Below are positions 24,130-39,100 of a stretch of 64,000 nt of DNA, piece by piece. Origin of the DNA: Chiloscyllium plagiosum. Taxonomy: Eukaryota. The notes under the pieces were generated by a model. The model did not search any database and was not told the DNA's origin. It worked only from the letters and a program-made list of their open reading frames with translations. The position numbers were made by a program, and so were the translations under genes. Position 1 is the stretch's first letter; every line of letters starts with the position of its first letter. The DNA lies in assembly GCF_004010195.1 (NCBI RefSeq), contig NC_057720.1, positions 81,668,301 to 81,732,300 of the forward strand. Reading direction: 5' to 3'.

Positions 24130-27100
24130 CTGAAAAGTACAATTAATGTCCAAGTCAATGAAGATATTTCTCAGCAATCCCTAAATGCTGAGTTTTAGTA
24201 CTCAGCAGGCCCAGGAGTCAAAATAACTGAGTAGATCATTGCTCTGAATTGCTTATAAATGTCACCTTCACATTTCTGGAGGCTTTGATCAGAAAGGTTG
24301 CTGACTCCTCTCCAATATACAGCTTAAAATCAGCTCCAATTCCCAACCATCCAGCTGAGAGCGGAGCCCTGTACAAACTGGAACCTGGTCAGTGGGAGCA
24401 CTGTCACCTCTGTCTCAGAAGCTTTGTCTATTTAAACCAGAGACTTAGTCAAAGAGTCATTCAGCATGGACAGATCCTTCAGTTCAACTCATCCATGCCA
24501 ACCAGACATCTTAAATTAATCTAGTCCCATTTGCCAGGATTTGGCCTCTATGCCTCTAATCCCTTCCTATTCATATACCCATACAGATGTCTTTTAAATG
24601 CTGTAATTGTACCAGCCTCCACCACTTCCTCTGGCAGCTCATTCCATACACATGCCACCATCTGTGTGAAAAAGTTACTCCTTAGATCCCTTACGAATTC
24701 TTCCTCTCTCATGTTAAACCTGTGCCCTCTAGTTTTGGACTCATACCCTGGGAAAGTTGTTGGCTATTCACCATATCTATGCCCCTCATGATTTTATAAA
24801 CCTCTATAAGGTCACCCCTCAGCCTCCAATGCTCCAGGGAAAATAGCCCCAGTCTATTCAGCCTCTCCCTATAGGTCAAACCCTCCAACTCCAGCAACAT
24901 CCTTACAAATCTTTTTTGTCCCCTTTCAAGTTTAACAACATTATTCTTAAAGCAGGAAGACCAGAACTGAGCCCTATATTCTCAAGGTGTCCTCAACAAT
25001 GGCCACTTTGAGGGACAGCCAGTTCATGACATCCCAACTCCTATACTCAATGCACAGTCCAATAAAGGCAAGTGTATCAATCCCCAACTTCACTCCCCTG
25101 TTTACCCATGGCTTCGCTTTCAAGGAACTATGAACCTGCACTCCAAGAATTCGTTGCTCAGCAATACTCCCCAGGACCCTGCCCTGATTTATCTTACCAA
25201 ATGCAACACCTTGCATTTATCTAAATTAACCTCTGTCTACCACTCCTCATCCATTGGCCCACCTTAATAAGCATTGATCTTACATTATAAACCTGAACGT
25301 GTGGAAGGCATTGGTGAGAGACACCTGCAGTACTGTGTCCAATTGTGGTCTGCTTATTTGAGGAAGGATGTGGTGACACTGGAGGCTGTTCAGAGGATGT
25401 TACCCAGACCGATCCCAGGGATGAAAGGGCTGTCCTACTATGGAGCAGTTAAATAGCTTGGGCTTGTCCTCACTGGAGTTCAAAAGAATGAAGGAGGGGT
25501 CTGATTGAGGGATAGAAAATGGGAAAGGGGATTGAGAAGGTGGATNNNNNNNNNNNNNNNNNNNNNNNNNNNNNNNNNNNNNNNNNNNNNNNNNNNNNNN
25601 NNNNNNNNNNNNNNNNNNNNNNNNNNNNNNNNNNNNNNNNNNNNNNNNNNNNNNNNNNNNNNNNNNNNNNNNNNNNNNNNNNNNNNNNNNNNNNNNNNNN
25701 NNNNNNNNNNNNNNNNNNNNNNNNNNNNNNNNNNNNNNNNNNNNNNNNNNNNNNNNNNNNNNNNNNNNNNNNNNNNNNNNNNNNNNNNNNNNNNNNNNNN
25801 NNNNNNNNAACTGTACTATCTCCCCCAGTGACAAGTGCTGGCATTTGAATTCAAATCACAAAGCAAGCCTCATTAATGGTGATCACAATAATGATTCCTG
25901 ATTGCTGTCCAGCCTCAGCCTTACCCAGCCTGGACTTCATGTGACTCCAGCCCCACAGCAATCTGGTTAACTCTTAGGTGCCTTCTGAGAGGCCACAGCA
26001 AGGCCAGCAGTTCAAGGGCAATTAGTCTTGGGTAACAAATACTGATCTATGCTAGTGACACCCACCTCCCAGAAAACAGAATGCAACAGAGATTGGTGTC
26101 AGCCAAAATTGTCAGATCAGACTCTCAATGAGATGGGGAGATGGTTAAAGATGAATTCCGCTCAGTATGGAACAGGTCTCCACTTGTTCACACATCATCG
26201 CTGACAAAATAAGAGAGAGAAAACAGAAAAAAGGTGAGAACACTCGAATGTGGGAATATCAGTGAGAATTCAGGCAACTGAAGGAAGACATGAAGAACTG
26301 CAAAGGAAGACAAAAAGGAAGCAAGAGTTACAAAAAAGTGATTGAGAAAGAGACCTGCAAGGGGTCACAAGAATAACACAAATGTTTTACACGAAAATTA
26401 GAAAATCAAGGGGGCTCCAGTGCAATGTGAGCCCTTTAAAAACAAACTGGGAATTCTATGAATGAGACTAAGGGAATTGCCGGTATGTACAATAATTAGT
26501 TGTGTCAGTCTTCACAGTCAAGGAACGGGATGATGTAGCTTCCATTCCAGGGAGGTTAGTAATGAATGGAAGGCTGGAATTCACAAAACTTGATACATGC
26601 CAGAAAACAGCATTGGAAAGCAAGCAGCTCTAAAGGCTGACAGATCTCCAGGACCTCAGGGGTTTAAAGGAAGGGGGAGGGGGAAGAAGTTTCAGAAGCT
26701 TTTCCCATCAGCTTCCAAAGCAGCAACCATTCCTTTAATTTGGAAAATGTCTTTCTGTAACATCACGGGTTCAAAAAAGATGAGAGAGGGAACCAAGGAA
26801 ATTATATACTGGTCAATCTAACATCTCTTTTGGGGGTTTCATTGGAATCTATAATTAACAGCCGAGAGAATGAACATGTAGAGAATTGGAAATAGCCCAC
26901 ATAGATTTGTGATGGGTAGGTTCTGACTAACAAACCAAATGCATTGACCAAAATAGTTGATAGCACTTATATTCTTATCAACTTTCAGAAGTACTTGATA
27001 ATTTTCCACAAAACAGTCTGCTGATCAAAGTTAAAACCCATGGGATTGAAGATGAATGTTTGACTTGGTTCGGAGGCTGGTTTAGTGACAGATGACAGAG

Positions 27101-30100
27101 AAAGAAAGTGACGAGTGGTGTTCCACAAGGATTCTGTGGTGAGGCCTTAACTAATTACTGTATGTATTAATGAGAATCATAGTTCCACATTAACATAAAG
27201 ACTGATGGAATAGTAAGCAGTGCAGATGGTCTTTTTGTTTAAAACTCACTCCGAGCACATGGGTTTTGCTGTCTTGGCCAGCATTTATTACACATTCCCA
27301 GTTTCCCTTGAGAATCATGGAATCATTAGACAGTGCGGAAGCAGACCATTCAGCCCAACAAGTTCACACCAACCCACCGAAAAGCATCCCATCTGGACTG
27401 ACCCCCTCCCTGTAATATTGCACTTCCCACCCAGTCTGCACATCCCTCGACACGACACACAATTTAGTTTGGCTAATCCACCTAATCTGCACATCTATGG
27501 ACTGTGTGGAGGAAACCCACACAGACATGGGGAAAATGTGCAAACTCCACACAGACAGTGTTCCCAGGGTGGAATTGAACTCAAGTCCCTGGTGCTGTGA
27601 GGTAGCAGCACGAACCACTGAGCCACAATGCTGCCCTTTGCAAAGTGGTGGTGAGCTGCAGTTCATTTGCTGGAGATAAACCCACAATGCCCTAAGGGAG
27701 GTAAGTCCAGGATTTTGACCCAGATGCTATATGGATTGGAGGGGAACTTGTAGTTAGTGGTGTTCTGTGTATCTGCTGCCCTTGTCCTTCTCGATGGAAA
27801 TGGTCGTGGGTTTGGAAGGTGCTGTCTCAGGAGATTTGGTGGATTTCTGCAGTGCATCTTGTAGATGGTGCACAGAGCTGTTACTGAGCATCAGTGGTGG
27901 AGGGAGTGAATGTTTGTCGATGTGGTGCCAATCAAGCAGGCTGCTTTGTACTGGATGATATCAAGCTTCTTGTCCGTTTTTGGAGCTGCACCCTCCAGGC
28001 ATGTGGGGAGTAACCCATCACAGTCCTATCCAAAACTTGACTGATCTTTTTTTAATTCATTTACAGGATTGGGCATCTCCTGGTATGCCAGCATTTACTG
28101 CCCAGAATCAAGTGGGGTGGCACAATGGCCAGCACTGTTGTCTCACAGCACAGGGACCAAGGTTTAATTCCACCCTTGGGCAACTGACTGTGTGGAGTTT
28201 GCACGTTCTCCCTGTGCCTGCCTGGGTTCCCTCCCGGTGATCTGGTTTCCTCCCACAGTCCACAAATGTGCGGGTTAGGTGGAATGGCCATGGGAAATGC
28301 AAGGTTATAGGGGAGTGGGTCTGGGTGAGATGCTCTTTGGAGAGGCGGTTTGGGCTGAATGGCCTGTTTCCACATTGTAGGGATTCTATGAATTTCTTCA
28401 CTCAGAGGGTTTTGAATCTTTGGGATACTCATCCCCAGAGGATTATCGATACTTAGGCATTTGAATAAATTCAAGATAGAGATCATCCACATGTGGGGAG
28501 GCAATAGCCTCGTGGTAACATCACGAGATTCTTAATCCAGAGAGCCCAGTAATGTTCTGGGGGACCTGGGTTCAAATCCTGGCAAGGCACAGAGTGGAAT
28601 TTAAATTGAAAAGAAAACTCTGGAATTCAGAGTCTAATGATGACCATTGTTGGAGGAGAACCCCATCGGGCCCACTAACGTACTTTAGATTGTTGTCCTT
28701 GCCCAAACTAACCAACATATCACTCCAGACCCACAGCAACGTAGAATCATTGAATCCCCACTGTGTGGAAGAAGGCCATTCAGCCCATCAAGTCCAAGCA
28801 GCATCTCACCCAGAACCACCCCCCTCTCCTATCCCTGTAACCCTACACTCCTCATAGCCAATCCACCTAACCTGCACATCTTTGGACTGAGAGTGGAAAC
28901 AGGAGCACCCAGAGGAAACCCACACAGACACAGGGAGAATATGCAAACTCCACAAAGACGCCTGAGGGTGGAATTGAACCCAGGTCTCTGGCGCTGTAAG
29001 GCAGTGGTGCTAGCCACTGTGCCACCCATTCCTCATCTCTGATCTAAATGTCTAACTGCTTATTCCCAGACTGGGACTCTGCCCTGGAATCCCCATTTCA
29101 AGGCACATCCTTCCAAAATCTCCCCTGTCAGGGCCCTGGATAATTTGAAATGTTTCAGTGAAATCTCCTCCAACCTTCTAAATTCCAGGGATGAGATCTG
29201 CAATCTCCTCCTGGCTTCCTAGAGAATCTGGGAATGAAGGAAGTGAGGTCTGCAGATGCTGGAGATCAGAGCTGAAAATGTGTTGCTGGAGAAGCGCAGC
29301 AGGTCAGGCAGCATCCAGGGAACAGGAGAATCGACGTTTCGGGCATAAGCCCTGAAGAAGGGCTTATGCCCGAAACGTCGATTCTCCTGTTCCCTGGATG
29401 CTGCCTGACCTGCTGCGCTTCTCCAGCAACACATTTCCAATCTGGGAATGAATCCCATTCCTGACCCAGTCCCCTCTCCCTATCATTAGACAATCCCCTC
29501 AACCCATCACATGAACTGTCGCTGGGTTTGATCATCTCAGTAAGAGTTTCAAGACGGGAAGGAGAAAGAAAGACTCTTTCTGCTTTGAATTGATGCTAAA
29601 AACTGAAAAAAAGCAGGAAAATATTGTCACCAAGTATTGATAACATACTCTTTCTTTTCATCAAAGTGCTGGATGAGGTTTCTTATGAATTTCAGGAGGT
29701 CACTAGTGGTGTCCTTATATTCTTTATTCTTGCCTTGTCTCTTGTTCATGTCATTGAGGAGAACAGAGTCAACCTAGAAAGAAATGAACAGCAGAGTTTG
29801 TTTTCTCTATTGATTAAATTCACCTTGCTTACTCCTCTGATCACCTGAAGAAAGGGCGAGGCTCTGAAAGCTAGTGTTTTCTAATAAACCTGTTGCACTA
29901 GAACCTGGTGTCACATGATTTTTGACCTTGTCCTCTGATCACATTCAGGTTGTGCCCACGGGCACTGCATGTTCTTGCTTCTCCAGGCCAGCAAGTGGCG
30001 ATCTTGACAATGGATTTCACAATGGTCTCCGTCAGAAAGGACCCACAAATCAGGGACAGAGACCAGAGATAACAGGCTCCTCAGTCCCAGACCCGAGCAC

Positions 30101-33100
30101 AACGGGCCCCCTGGCATCCCAGGTACCGCTTGTTGCGTCCCGGACCCTGTACATAATGCAAATGGTGCGACTGATCTTTCTGATTTTTCTCCAACCTCAC
30201 CAGGTCTCCACAGTCACTGAGAGTATTTAAATGACAAAGCCTTTAGCTGCCTTTGCCAGTTAGAGACCGTAATTGATGGGAAACAGACTGAAATGGGTCA
30301 ATAAGATTTGGGAGTTACAGACACAGATTACGAAGTGGAAATCTGATGTTATGGCTCTGACAGAGACCGGGTGGGACTGGGTATTCCTGGATACAAGGTG
30401 TTCAGTAAAGATAGGAAAGTGGGAAAATTGAGAGAAGTGGTACGATTGGTGAAGGAAGTCAGTGCAGAGCTGGAGGAAGAGAGTGTCTCAGAGGGGTCAC
30501 GGCTTGGCTTGAGATAAGGAACAAAAATGGTGCAATCAGATTGTTCAGAGCAGACTACAGGTCACCAATCAGTGGGAAGGATGGATAGGAACAAACTTAC
30601 AAGGAACTTACAGAGAAGTGTAAACATGATAGTGTCGTTATAGTGGGGGAAACTTAAATTATCTGAATATAGACTGGGATAGTAGCAATGAAGGACAGAC
30701 AGGGGCAAGTCTGATCTTAGAGTAGGATAAAAGGCCAGCACAACATCGCGAGCCAAAGGGCCTGTACCATGCTGTACTGTTCAATGTTCTATTTTCATTC
30801 CAAGCTTGTATTGAAGGCATGCAGGACAAGAGTTTGTGCTCGGTCTGAATCTTGGTAATGAGTTAGGCCAAGTAGATCAAGTGTCATGGGAAGTATTTGT
30901 AGAACAGTGATCATTGTATTGTAATATTTAGGAAAATGATTTTTTTTTTAAAAAGAACAAAAGCACAGCCCAGAGTGAGAATAATTAACTGAGAGAGAAC
31001 TGATATCAACAAAACAAGAGCAGAGCTGGATTGAATAGACTGGATCCGAAGACTGGCAAGAAAACCAGCAGCTGAGCAATGGGTTACCTTCAAAGTACAG
31101 CTGGGTAGGGGGACAGTTGTAGGTTAGGTGGATTAGCCATGGGAAATCTGGGATTGGCAGGGGGTGTGGAGTTGGGTGAATTGCCTTTTAGAAGGATGAT
31201 ACCTACTCCCTGGGCTGAATGGCCTCTTTCTACACTGGAGGGATTCTACACTTCAATGCCTAACATCAGTCTGCTCACCTGCAGTGAATGATCTAGCATC
31301 TGTTTCACAGAGGGATTTTAGAACTGATAGAACCTAAAGCATGTGGCATTGAACCCACAATAGATGTAAACCAGAAGCCAGCATCAGAAAGCTCAGAGAA
31401 ATGGTATTATTGCAGGTCGGAAGGTGTACCTTCTCTGTCCACTTGTGAAATGATCTTTCCTGATCCTCTCCGGTCTTATTCAGGATCTGGACAATCTGAC
31501 TGTCATGATTCCGTTTGACCACATCCTTCTCATTGGCGAGACTTTGGATCAACTGGGCCTTGCTGGAGGGGAAATGGAAAGGTGATTAATGCAAAGCAAC
31601 CTCGGTCACACAGAACTGCAGCCACTGTAATGTCCTGTGTCACATGCAGAATGTTCATACAATAGGAAACTGATTGATCAGATTCATTTTCGTTCCCAAA
31701 ATACCTTCATGGGTAAGGAAAGTACAGTTTAATAAAAACTAATCCCCGGTAATGGTACAGACACAGAGGAGAGGAAGGTATCAACTGGACACAATAAAAT
31801 GTGTAAGGGATTGATAGCCGAGTTTTTGACTCTGGCTCTGTAAAGCATGGTGGGGTATTTTCTAAGCTTAAATCTCCATTCTCGAAATGTATTTGTGTGT
31901 TCTGTGTATCTGGGTTTTATAGAAACATACATAGCAACATAGAAGATAGGATTAGAAGGAGGCCAGTCGGCCCTTTGAACCTGCTCCATCATTCGTCACG
32001 ATCATGGCTGATCATCCAACCCAATAGCTAATCCTGCTTTCTCCTTAACCTTTGATCCCATTCGCCCCAAGTGCTAAACCCAACCACCTCTTGAATACAT
32101 TCAATGTTTTGGCATCAACTACTTCCTGTGGTAATGTATTCCACAGGCACATCACTCTTTGGTGAAGAAATGTCTCCTCACCTCTGTACTAAATGGACTA
32201 CCCTGAATCCTCTGACTATGAACCCTAGTTCTGGACACACCCACCATCGGGAGCATCCTCCCTGTATCTACATTGTCTAGCTCTGTTAGAATTTTATAGG
32301 TCTCTCTGAGATCCACCCTCGTTTGTCTGAACTCCAGCGAAAGCAATCCTAACCCAGTCAATCTCTCCTCATACGTCAGTCCCCACCATCTCCGGAATCA
32401 GTTTGGTAACCCTTCACTGCACTCCCTTGAGAGCAAGAGCATCTTCCCTCTGAAAAGGAGACCACAACTGCACACAATACTCCAGGTGTGGGCTGTATTT
32501 TGTGTACATATTTATGTTTTGTGTGTATTTGTGGTTCTGTGTATATTTCTGTCTATTTATGTGGATATGTGTGTATGTGTTCTGTGTGTATTCTTGAGTT
32601 CTGTGCAGATTTGTGTAAATCCGTGTGCCCTGTGTTTATCTGTGTGGATGTTTCCTTGGTTGAATCATTATGTCAGGTAACGGATAGCCAGCTCTGTTGC
32701 TGTTTAATCATCGTCCATTGCTCATTTTTGACTCACTTGCCAAGTTTAGTCTCAATAGAAATACATCAGATATTTTCACATTAAATGGCTTAAATCACAT
32801 AGAACACCAGCTCTTTAAAATCCTGAAATGAAGGTCTACCACAGACCCGGCATACAGTCATAGAGATGTACAGCACGGAAACAGACTCTTCGGTCCAACT
32901 CGTCCATGCCGACCAGATATCCTAAATTAATCTAGTCCCATTTGCCAGCAGATGGCCCATATCCCTCTGAACCCTTCCTATTCATATACCCATCCAGACG
33001 ACTTTTAAGTGTTGTGACTGTACCAGCCTCCGCCATTTCCTCTGACAGCTCATTTCATGCATGTGAAAAAGTTGCCCCTTAGGTCCTTTTTAAATCTTTC

Positions 33101-36100
33101 CACTCTCACCTTTAACCTGTGCCCTCTATTTTAGGACTCCCCCATGCTGGAGAAAAGACCTTGACTATTCACCCTATCCATGCCTTTCAAGATTTTATAA
33201 ACCTCTACAAAGGGTTGAGAGAGGTTTATAACCCCTTTTTAGCCTCAGCCACCGACACTCCAGGGAAAACAGCTTCAGCCTATTCAGCCTCTCCCTATTG
33301 CTTAAACCCTCCAAATGTGGCAACATCCTTGTAAATCATTTCTGAACCATTTTAAGGTTCACAACATTTTTCCAATAGGAGGAAAACAAGAATTGAACGC
33401 AGTATTCCAAAAGTGGCCTAACCAACGTCCTGTACAATCGTAACGTTACATCCCAACTCCTGTTGTCAATGTACTGACCAATAAAGGGAAGTCGACGAAA
33501 TGCCTTCTTCATGACCCTGACTACCTGTGACTCTGAAAGGATCAATAATAAGAGTACTTAAGGCACTGTTAATCTGCCTGAATTGATCGATAGACTGTCT
33601 ATATTGAAGAAACAGGGAGTAGCTGAAGCATTTGATGTGTTTTAGTAGGAAACTGGAGAAGTGATTGAGGGAAAAGGGAACACAGTGTAATGATGCTAGA
33701 TTCAGAGAAGGAAAGATTAAACTAGGCTCGAAGGGAGCACAAACATCAGCCTCATCCGATACAAACATTGTCACGTTCTATCTGAAGTTGTTGATTACAA
33801 TCAAGCCTGTTGTGCAATGCTGTCTGAAACCAGCTGTACTTAATCCAGATGAGCAGCAGATGGAGTTTAATTCCGATAAATGTGAGGTGTTGCGTTTTGG
33901 AAAGACAAATCAGGGTAGGAGTTAATGATAAGGTCCTGGGGTGTGTTGCCAAACAAAGACACCTTGGGGAGCAGGTTCATAGTTCCTTGAAGGTGAATTC
34001 ACAGGTAGACAGGATAGTGAAGAAGGTGTTTGGTACACCTGCCTTTATTGGTCAATACATCCAGTATAGGAATTGGGATGTCATTTTATAGTTGTACAAG
34101 ATATTGGTTAGATCACTTTTAGAATACTGCATTCAATTCTGGCTTCTCTGCTGTAGAAGGGTATTGTTATACTTGAACAGGTGAAGAAAAGCTTTACAAG
34201 GATGTTGCCAGGGTTGGAGGACTTGAACTACAAGGAGAGGCTGAATAGGCTGGGGCTATTTTCCCTGGAGCGTCAGAAGTCGAGGGGTGACCTCAGAGCT
34301 TTATAAAATTGTGAGATTTTATCTTTTTTCCACGTGGGTGAGTCCAAAACTAGAGGGCATAGGTTTAAGGCGAGAGGGGCAAGATTTAAAAGGGACCTAT
34401 AGGGCAACTGTTTCAAGCATGAGCTGCCAAAGCAAGTGATGGAGGTAGCTGGTACAATTACAACATTTAAAAGGCTTCTGGATGGATACACCAATAGGAA
34501 GGGTTTAGAGGGATATGGGCCAAATGCTGGCAAATGGGACTAGATTAATTTATGATATTTGGTCAGAATGGATGAGTTGGACAAAGGGTCTGTTTCCATG
34601 CTGTACATCTCTATGACTCTATGTTAAAGTGAAGCCCTGACTGGATGGAGATTTGCTCGCTGAGCTGGGAGGTTCATTTCCAGATGTTTCGTCACCCTAC
34701 TAGGTAACATCTTCAGTTGGCCTCAGGCGAAGCAGTGTACATAATTCCTACTTTCTATTTATATGTTTGGGTTTCTTTGGGTTGGTGATGTCATTTCCTG
34801 TGTGATGTCATTTCCTGTGTGATATCATTTCCTGTTCTTTTTCTCAGGGGGTGGCAGATGGGGTCTAACTCGATGCGTTTGTTGATAGAGTTCCAGTTGG
34901 AATGCCACGCTTTTGAGAATTCTTATGCGTGTCTCTGTTTGGCTTGTCCTAAGATGGCTTGTCCTAGAATTATGGCATTCTAACCGGAACTCTAGCAACA
35001 AACACATCAAGTTAGACCTCATCTGCCACCGACCTGAGAAAATGAACAGGAAATGACACCGCCACAAGAAATGACATCACCAACCCAAAGAAACCCAAAC
35101 ATATAAATAGAAAGCAGGAATCATGTACACTGCTTCGCCTGAGGCCCACTGAAGATGTTACCTAGTAGAGTGACGAAACGTCTTGGAATGAACCTCCCAG
35201 CTCAGCGAGCAAACCTACATCCAGAACCTCAATCTGAGTTGCAAGTCTTCTCAAAACGTGTTGAAACCCTAGCTACCTGCTAATGTGCACGTGAAAGATC
35301 CTGTGGTAATACTGCAAAGGGCAAGGTGAATAATCCATGGTGCCCTGGCCATTATTCTTCCCTCAATCAACATCACAAATACCAGATTATCCGGTCATTG
35401 TCCACTGCCGTTTGTGGGATCTTGCTGTGTACAAACTGACTGCTGGGTTTCTTACAACAGTGACAACACTTGGGAAAAGTGCACTTGGTATATTGAAAAT
35501 TTCTAGATAAATGGAAGCCTTTTTCCTTTTCTTTAGGGCAGAGATGAGGAGAACTATCTTTGCCCAGAGAGCGGTCAGCCTGTGGAATTCTCTGTGACAG
35601 AAAGCGGTTGAAGCCAAAACATTGAACATTTTCAAGAAGCAGTTCAATATAGTTCTTAAGGCTAAAGGGATCAAAGGGAATGGGGAGAAAGCAGGAACAG
35701 AGTTTGATGATCATTCCCTAAGTGCATTGTGAATCAACCCACAGCACATGGCTCCAGCGGTTCAAGAAAGTAGTTCACCCCCACCTTCTCAAGTATCAAC
35801 TAGAGACTGGCAATAAATGCTAATCAGCCAGTGACGGCCTCTTCCTACAAATAATAAGAAAATGGTCAGCCATGGTCCTATTGAAGAATGGAGCAGACTC
35901 AAAGGGCTGAATGGCCTCATCCTGCTCCTAGTTTCAATGTTTCAAGAAAGTGAGGATTCTGGGTAAGGGAAAACTGTGTCAGATGATGTCTTAGGGGTTT
36001 AGAAGGTACAAAGTGAGAAACTTCAAAGCAACCCTGACCATAGTAAAACCAATAAAGAGGAAGCTGGCAAAAACTATGTATCGGGAAAGGATCACGTCAA

Positions 36101-39100
36101 GGATTACACCAGGACTGCTTGAAGAGACAAATCCTTCACTCAGAGTCATAGAGCACAGAAACAGACCCCTCAGTCAGACCAGACCATGCCAAACTAAACT
36201 ACTCCCACCTGCCTGTGCTCGGCCCATACCCCTCCATATATTTCTTATCCGTGTCCTTAATCTGTTTTAACTGTACCTGCATACACCACTTCCTCTGGAA
36301 GTTCATTCCACACACGACCCACTCTCTATGTAAAGAGGTTGCACCTCATGACCCTTTTAAATTTTTCTCCTCTCTCCTTAAAAATAAGCTCCCCAGTCTT
36401 GAAAGTTCCCACTTGATTTTATAAACCTCAATAAGTCAATCTCCTGTACTTCTCCACACATAAGGATGTCTATAAACACCAGTCTTTCTTAACATTCTCC
36501 AAAGACTTACTCCAGATCTTTCCACAGTAGTGGATGGTGCTCAATCTCAGTGAGTGTCGCTCTCTGCTCTGCTGGTGCTAACAGGCACTCCACAAAATCT
36601 CTGGCTTCAGCATTCTTCAGGTCACAAAGACTGTCATCGAAAGAGGGGTTATTCTCAAGTTCATCCTCCTTACTCCTGTAGACGTCCTTCCCACCAGATA
36701 TGACAAAGTGTAAGAGGCGTCCTAGTGCCTGTCTCATAAACAGAACAACTTTAATGGAAAAAATACACTGTCGGGCCCTGGCTTCACAAACATACCACGC
36801 AGGTAACATTTTAGAAATTAATCTATTTTGATTGATTTCTAAACAAAGCTTTTCAATGCACTCAGGTACATGTGACAATAAATCAAATCAAAATTCTCTC
36901 AAATTTTTGGTTCGAAATTTTTGGTGAGCATCCAATATTCTCTCGAGTTCAGTATCATTCCTTGTAAATGGAGCCTCCTGGGCCCAATGCCCAGGAGGTT
37001 GCCTTTCCTGCCCTATATCTGGTGATGTAATCAGGGAGGACTGCTGTAATTGTGAGCCGAATCCTGCACTGTGATTCCACACATGCCCTCATGTACTGCT
37101 CCCTGAAAGTGACCCTACCCTGTTCCTTCATGGCAGGACGCTGAGGCTGATTGCGGAGTACAATCCATGACCACTGCTGTTAGGATCTACAAATTCAGTG
37201 ATGGAGCCAGCTATCCTCCGAGATCGATATAAAAACAAAATTTGCGAGAGAAACTCAGCGGGTCTGGTAGCATTTCTGGAGAAAGAAATACAGAGTTTTC
37301 ACTCTTCTTTGAAAGTTACATCCTTCAGAAACTCAGTTCTGAAGAAGAGTCCTACAAGACTCGAGACATTAATTCTCTTTCCCCCTCCACAGATGCTGCC
37401 AGACCTGCTGAGTTTCTCCAGCATTTTTTTGTTTTCATTTCAAATTTTCATCATCTGCAGAATTTTGCTTTACCCTCCCAGGCCACATGACTCTGTTCCA
37501 AAAAGTTAGCTGCCGGAAAACTATGGGAGGAAACCCTCGCAGACATGGGGAGAATATGCAAACTCCACACAGACAGTCACCCGAGGCTGGAATCGAACCT
37601 GGGTGCCTGGCGCTGTGAGGCAGCAGTGCTAACCACTGAGCCACCTGCTACAAATTTCACTGAGATGTGGGGCTGCAGAGGCTTAGTGGTGTTACTAATC
37701 GAGTAACAGACCCAAGTAATGCTTGGAGGAGCATTTGGAGACTCTGGGTCTATATTCAAGAGTTTAGAAAGATGAGGAGGAACCTTTTTGAAACTCATTG
37801 CTACAGAGGGCTGTGGAGGCCAAGTCACTGACTGTATTTAAGACACGTTCTTGATTGGTAAGGGGATCATGGGTTACAGGAAGGATACAGGAAAATGGGA
37901 TTGAGAAAAACATATCAGCCTGTGGAGCAGACGCACTGAGCCAAAATGGCCTAATTCTGCTCCTATATCTTATGTCCTGGGTTCGAATCCCACCACGGAA
38001 TTTGAATTCAATAAAAATCTGGAATTAAGAGTCTATTGATGACCATGAGTCTGTTTCCCATTGTCAGGAAAAACCCATCTGGTTCGCTAATATCCTTTCG
38101 GGAAGGAGAGCTGCCATCCTTACCCAGTCTGGCCTATTTGTGATTCCAGAGCCACAACAATGTGGCAATCCCTCTCAAAAATGGTGGAGCAAGAGATTCC
38201 ATTGTGGCAATCGCTAGAAAGGAGAAAAGGAATGGAAATGGATGGGCCACCAATTCAGGAACCAGAAACAACATGGATTACAGCGGTTCAGGAAGGCAGC
38301 TGAACACCGCCTTTTCAAGGGGTGATGAGGAGTGAGTAATAAACGCAGTGATGCCCATGTGCAACAATTGAATTTTAAAAAAAGTTCAGCTTCTTCCCTC
38401 TGTCTCAACAGCTTTGAAAACTGAACTTAGCATTATCTGGCCAAATCCATTACCAATGCCTGATTTACCCAGTCTCCCTTTGATTCGTCCAGACACTTAA
38501 ATCTCATCCCTCAAGAGAGAAAACAAGTCACCACATGTGGACCTGCACATCTGCTTTGAACAGCTCATCCTCGGTAAACGTTGCCTTTGGCAAATGTTCC
38601 AGTTTCTGCAGGATTTCTGAGGCTTCCCAGGTTCCAGGGCAAATCGGCATAGTTGGGTTCTTATCAAAATGCACACTCTTATCGAAATCTGCCAGGCGAA
38701 AATTTTCTTCAACATCTGGAGAAAATCAAACCATTTTATTGCTCATATCTCACACACAGCAAAAAGGCTCCAAATCAGTTTTAAACATATCCTTCCATAA
38801 ATCCATTCACTTTCAAACATAATTTGGAATTCTTGGTGTTTCAAATTCATCCATTCCACACAGGTCAGAGTTCCAGTGGCCTTACACTGAGTGGTGGTTT
38901 CATGTTGACAGTTTTCAGGGTTTAAGAAGCTGAGTAAACCCATGAGGGAGTAAGGGATAGATGGTGTTGCTGATGTTGAGATGAAGTAGGGTGGGAGCAG
39001 GTTGTTTGAAGTCTGAACTCTAGCCTCTAACGTGACCCAGTTGGGCGCAATGATCTGTACCTGAGCTGTGTGTTGTGCTATTGTAAGAGGTGGTGAACTG

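Noticed and set aside
29987-30122. Exon-like + strand segment (ttcttgcttctccag|...CAG|gtaccg) inside RNASEL intron 4
   Set aside because: No recognisable protein similarity and no partner exons; probably chance splice-like signals.
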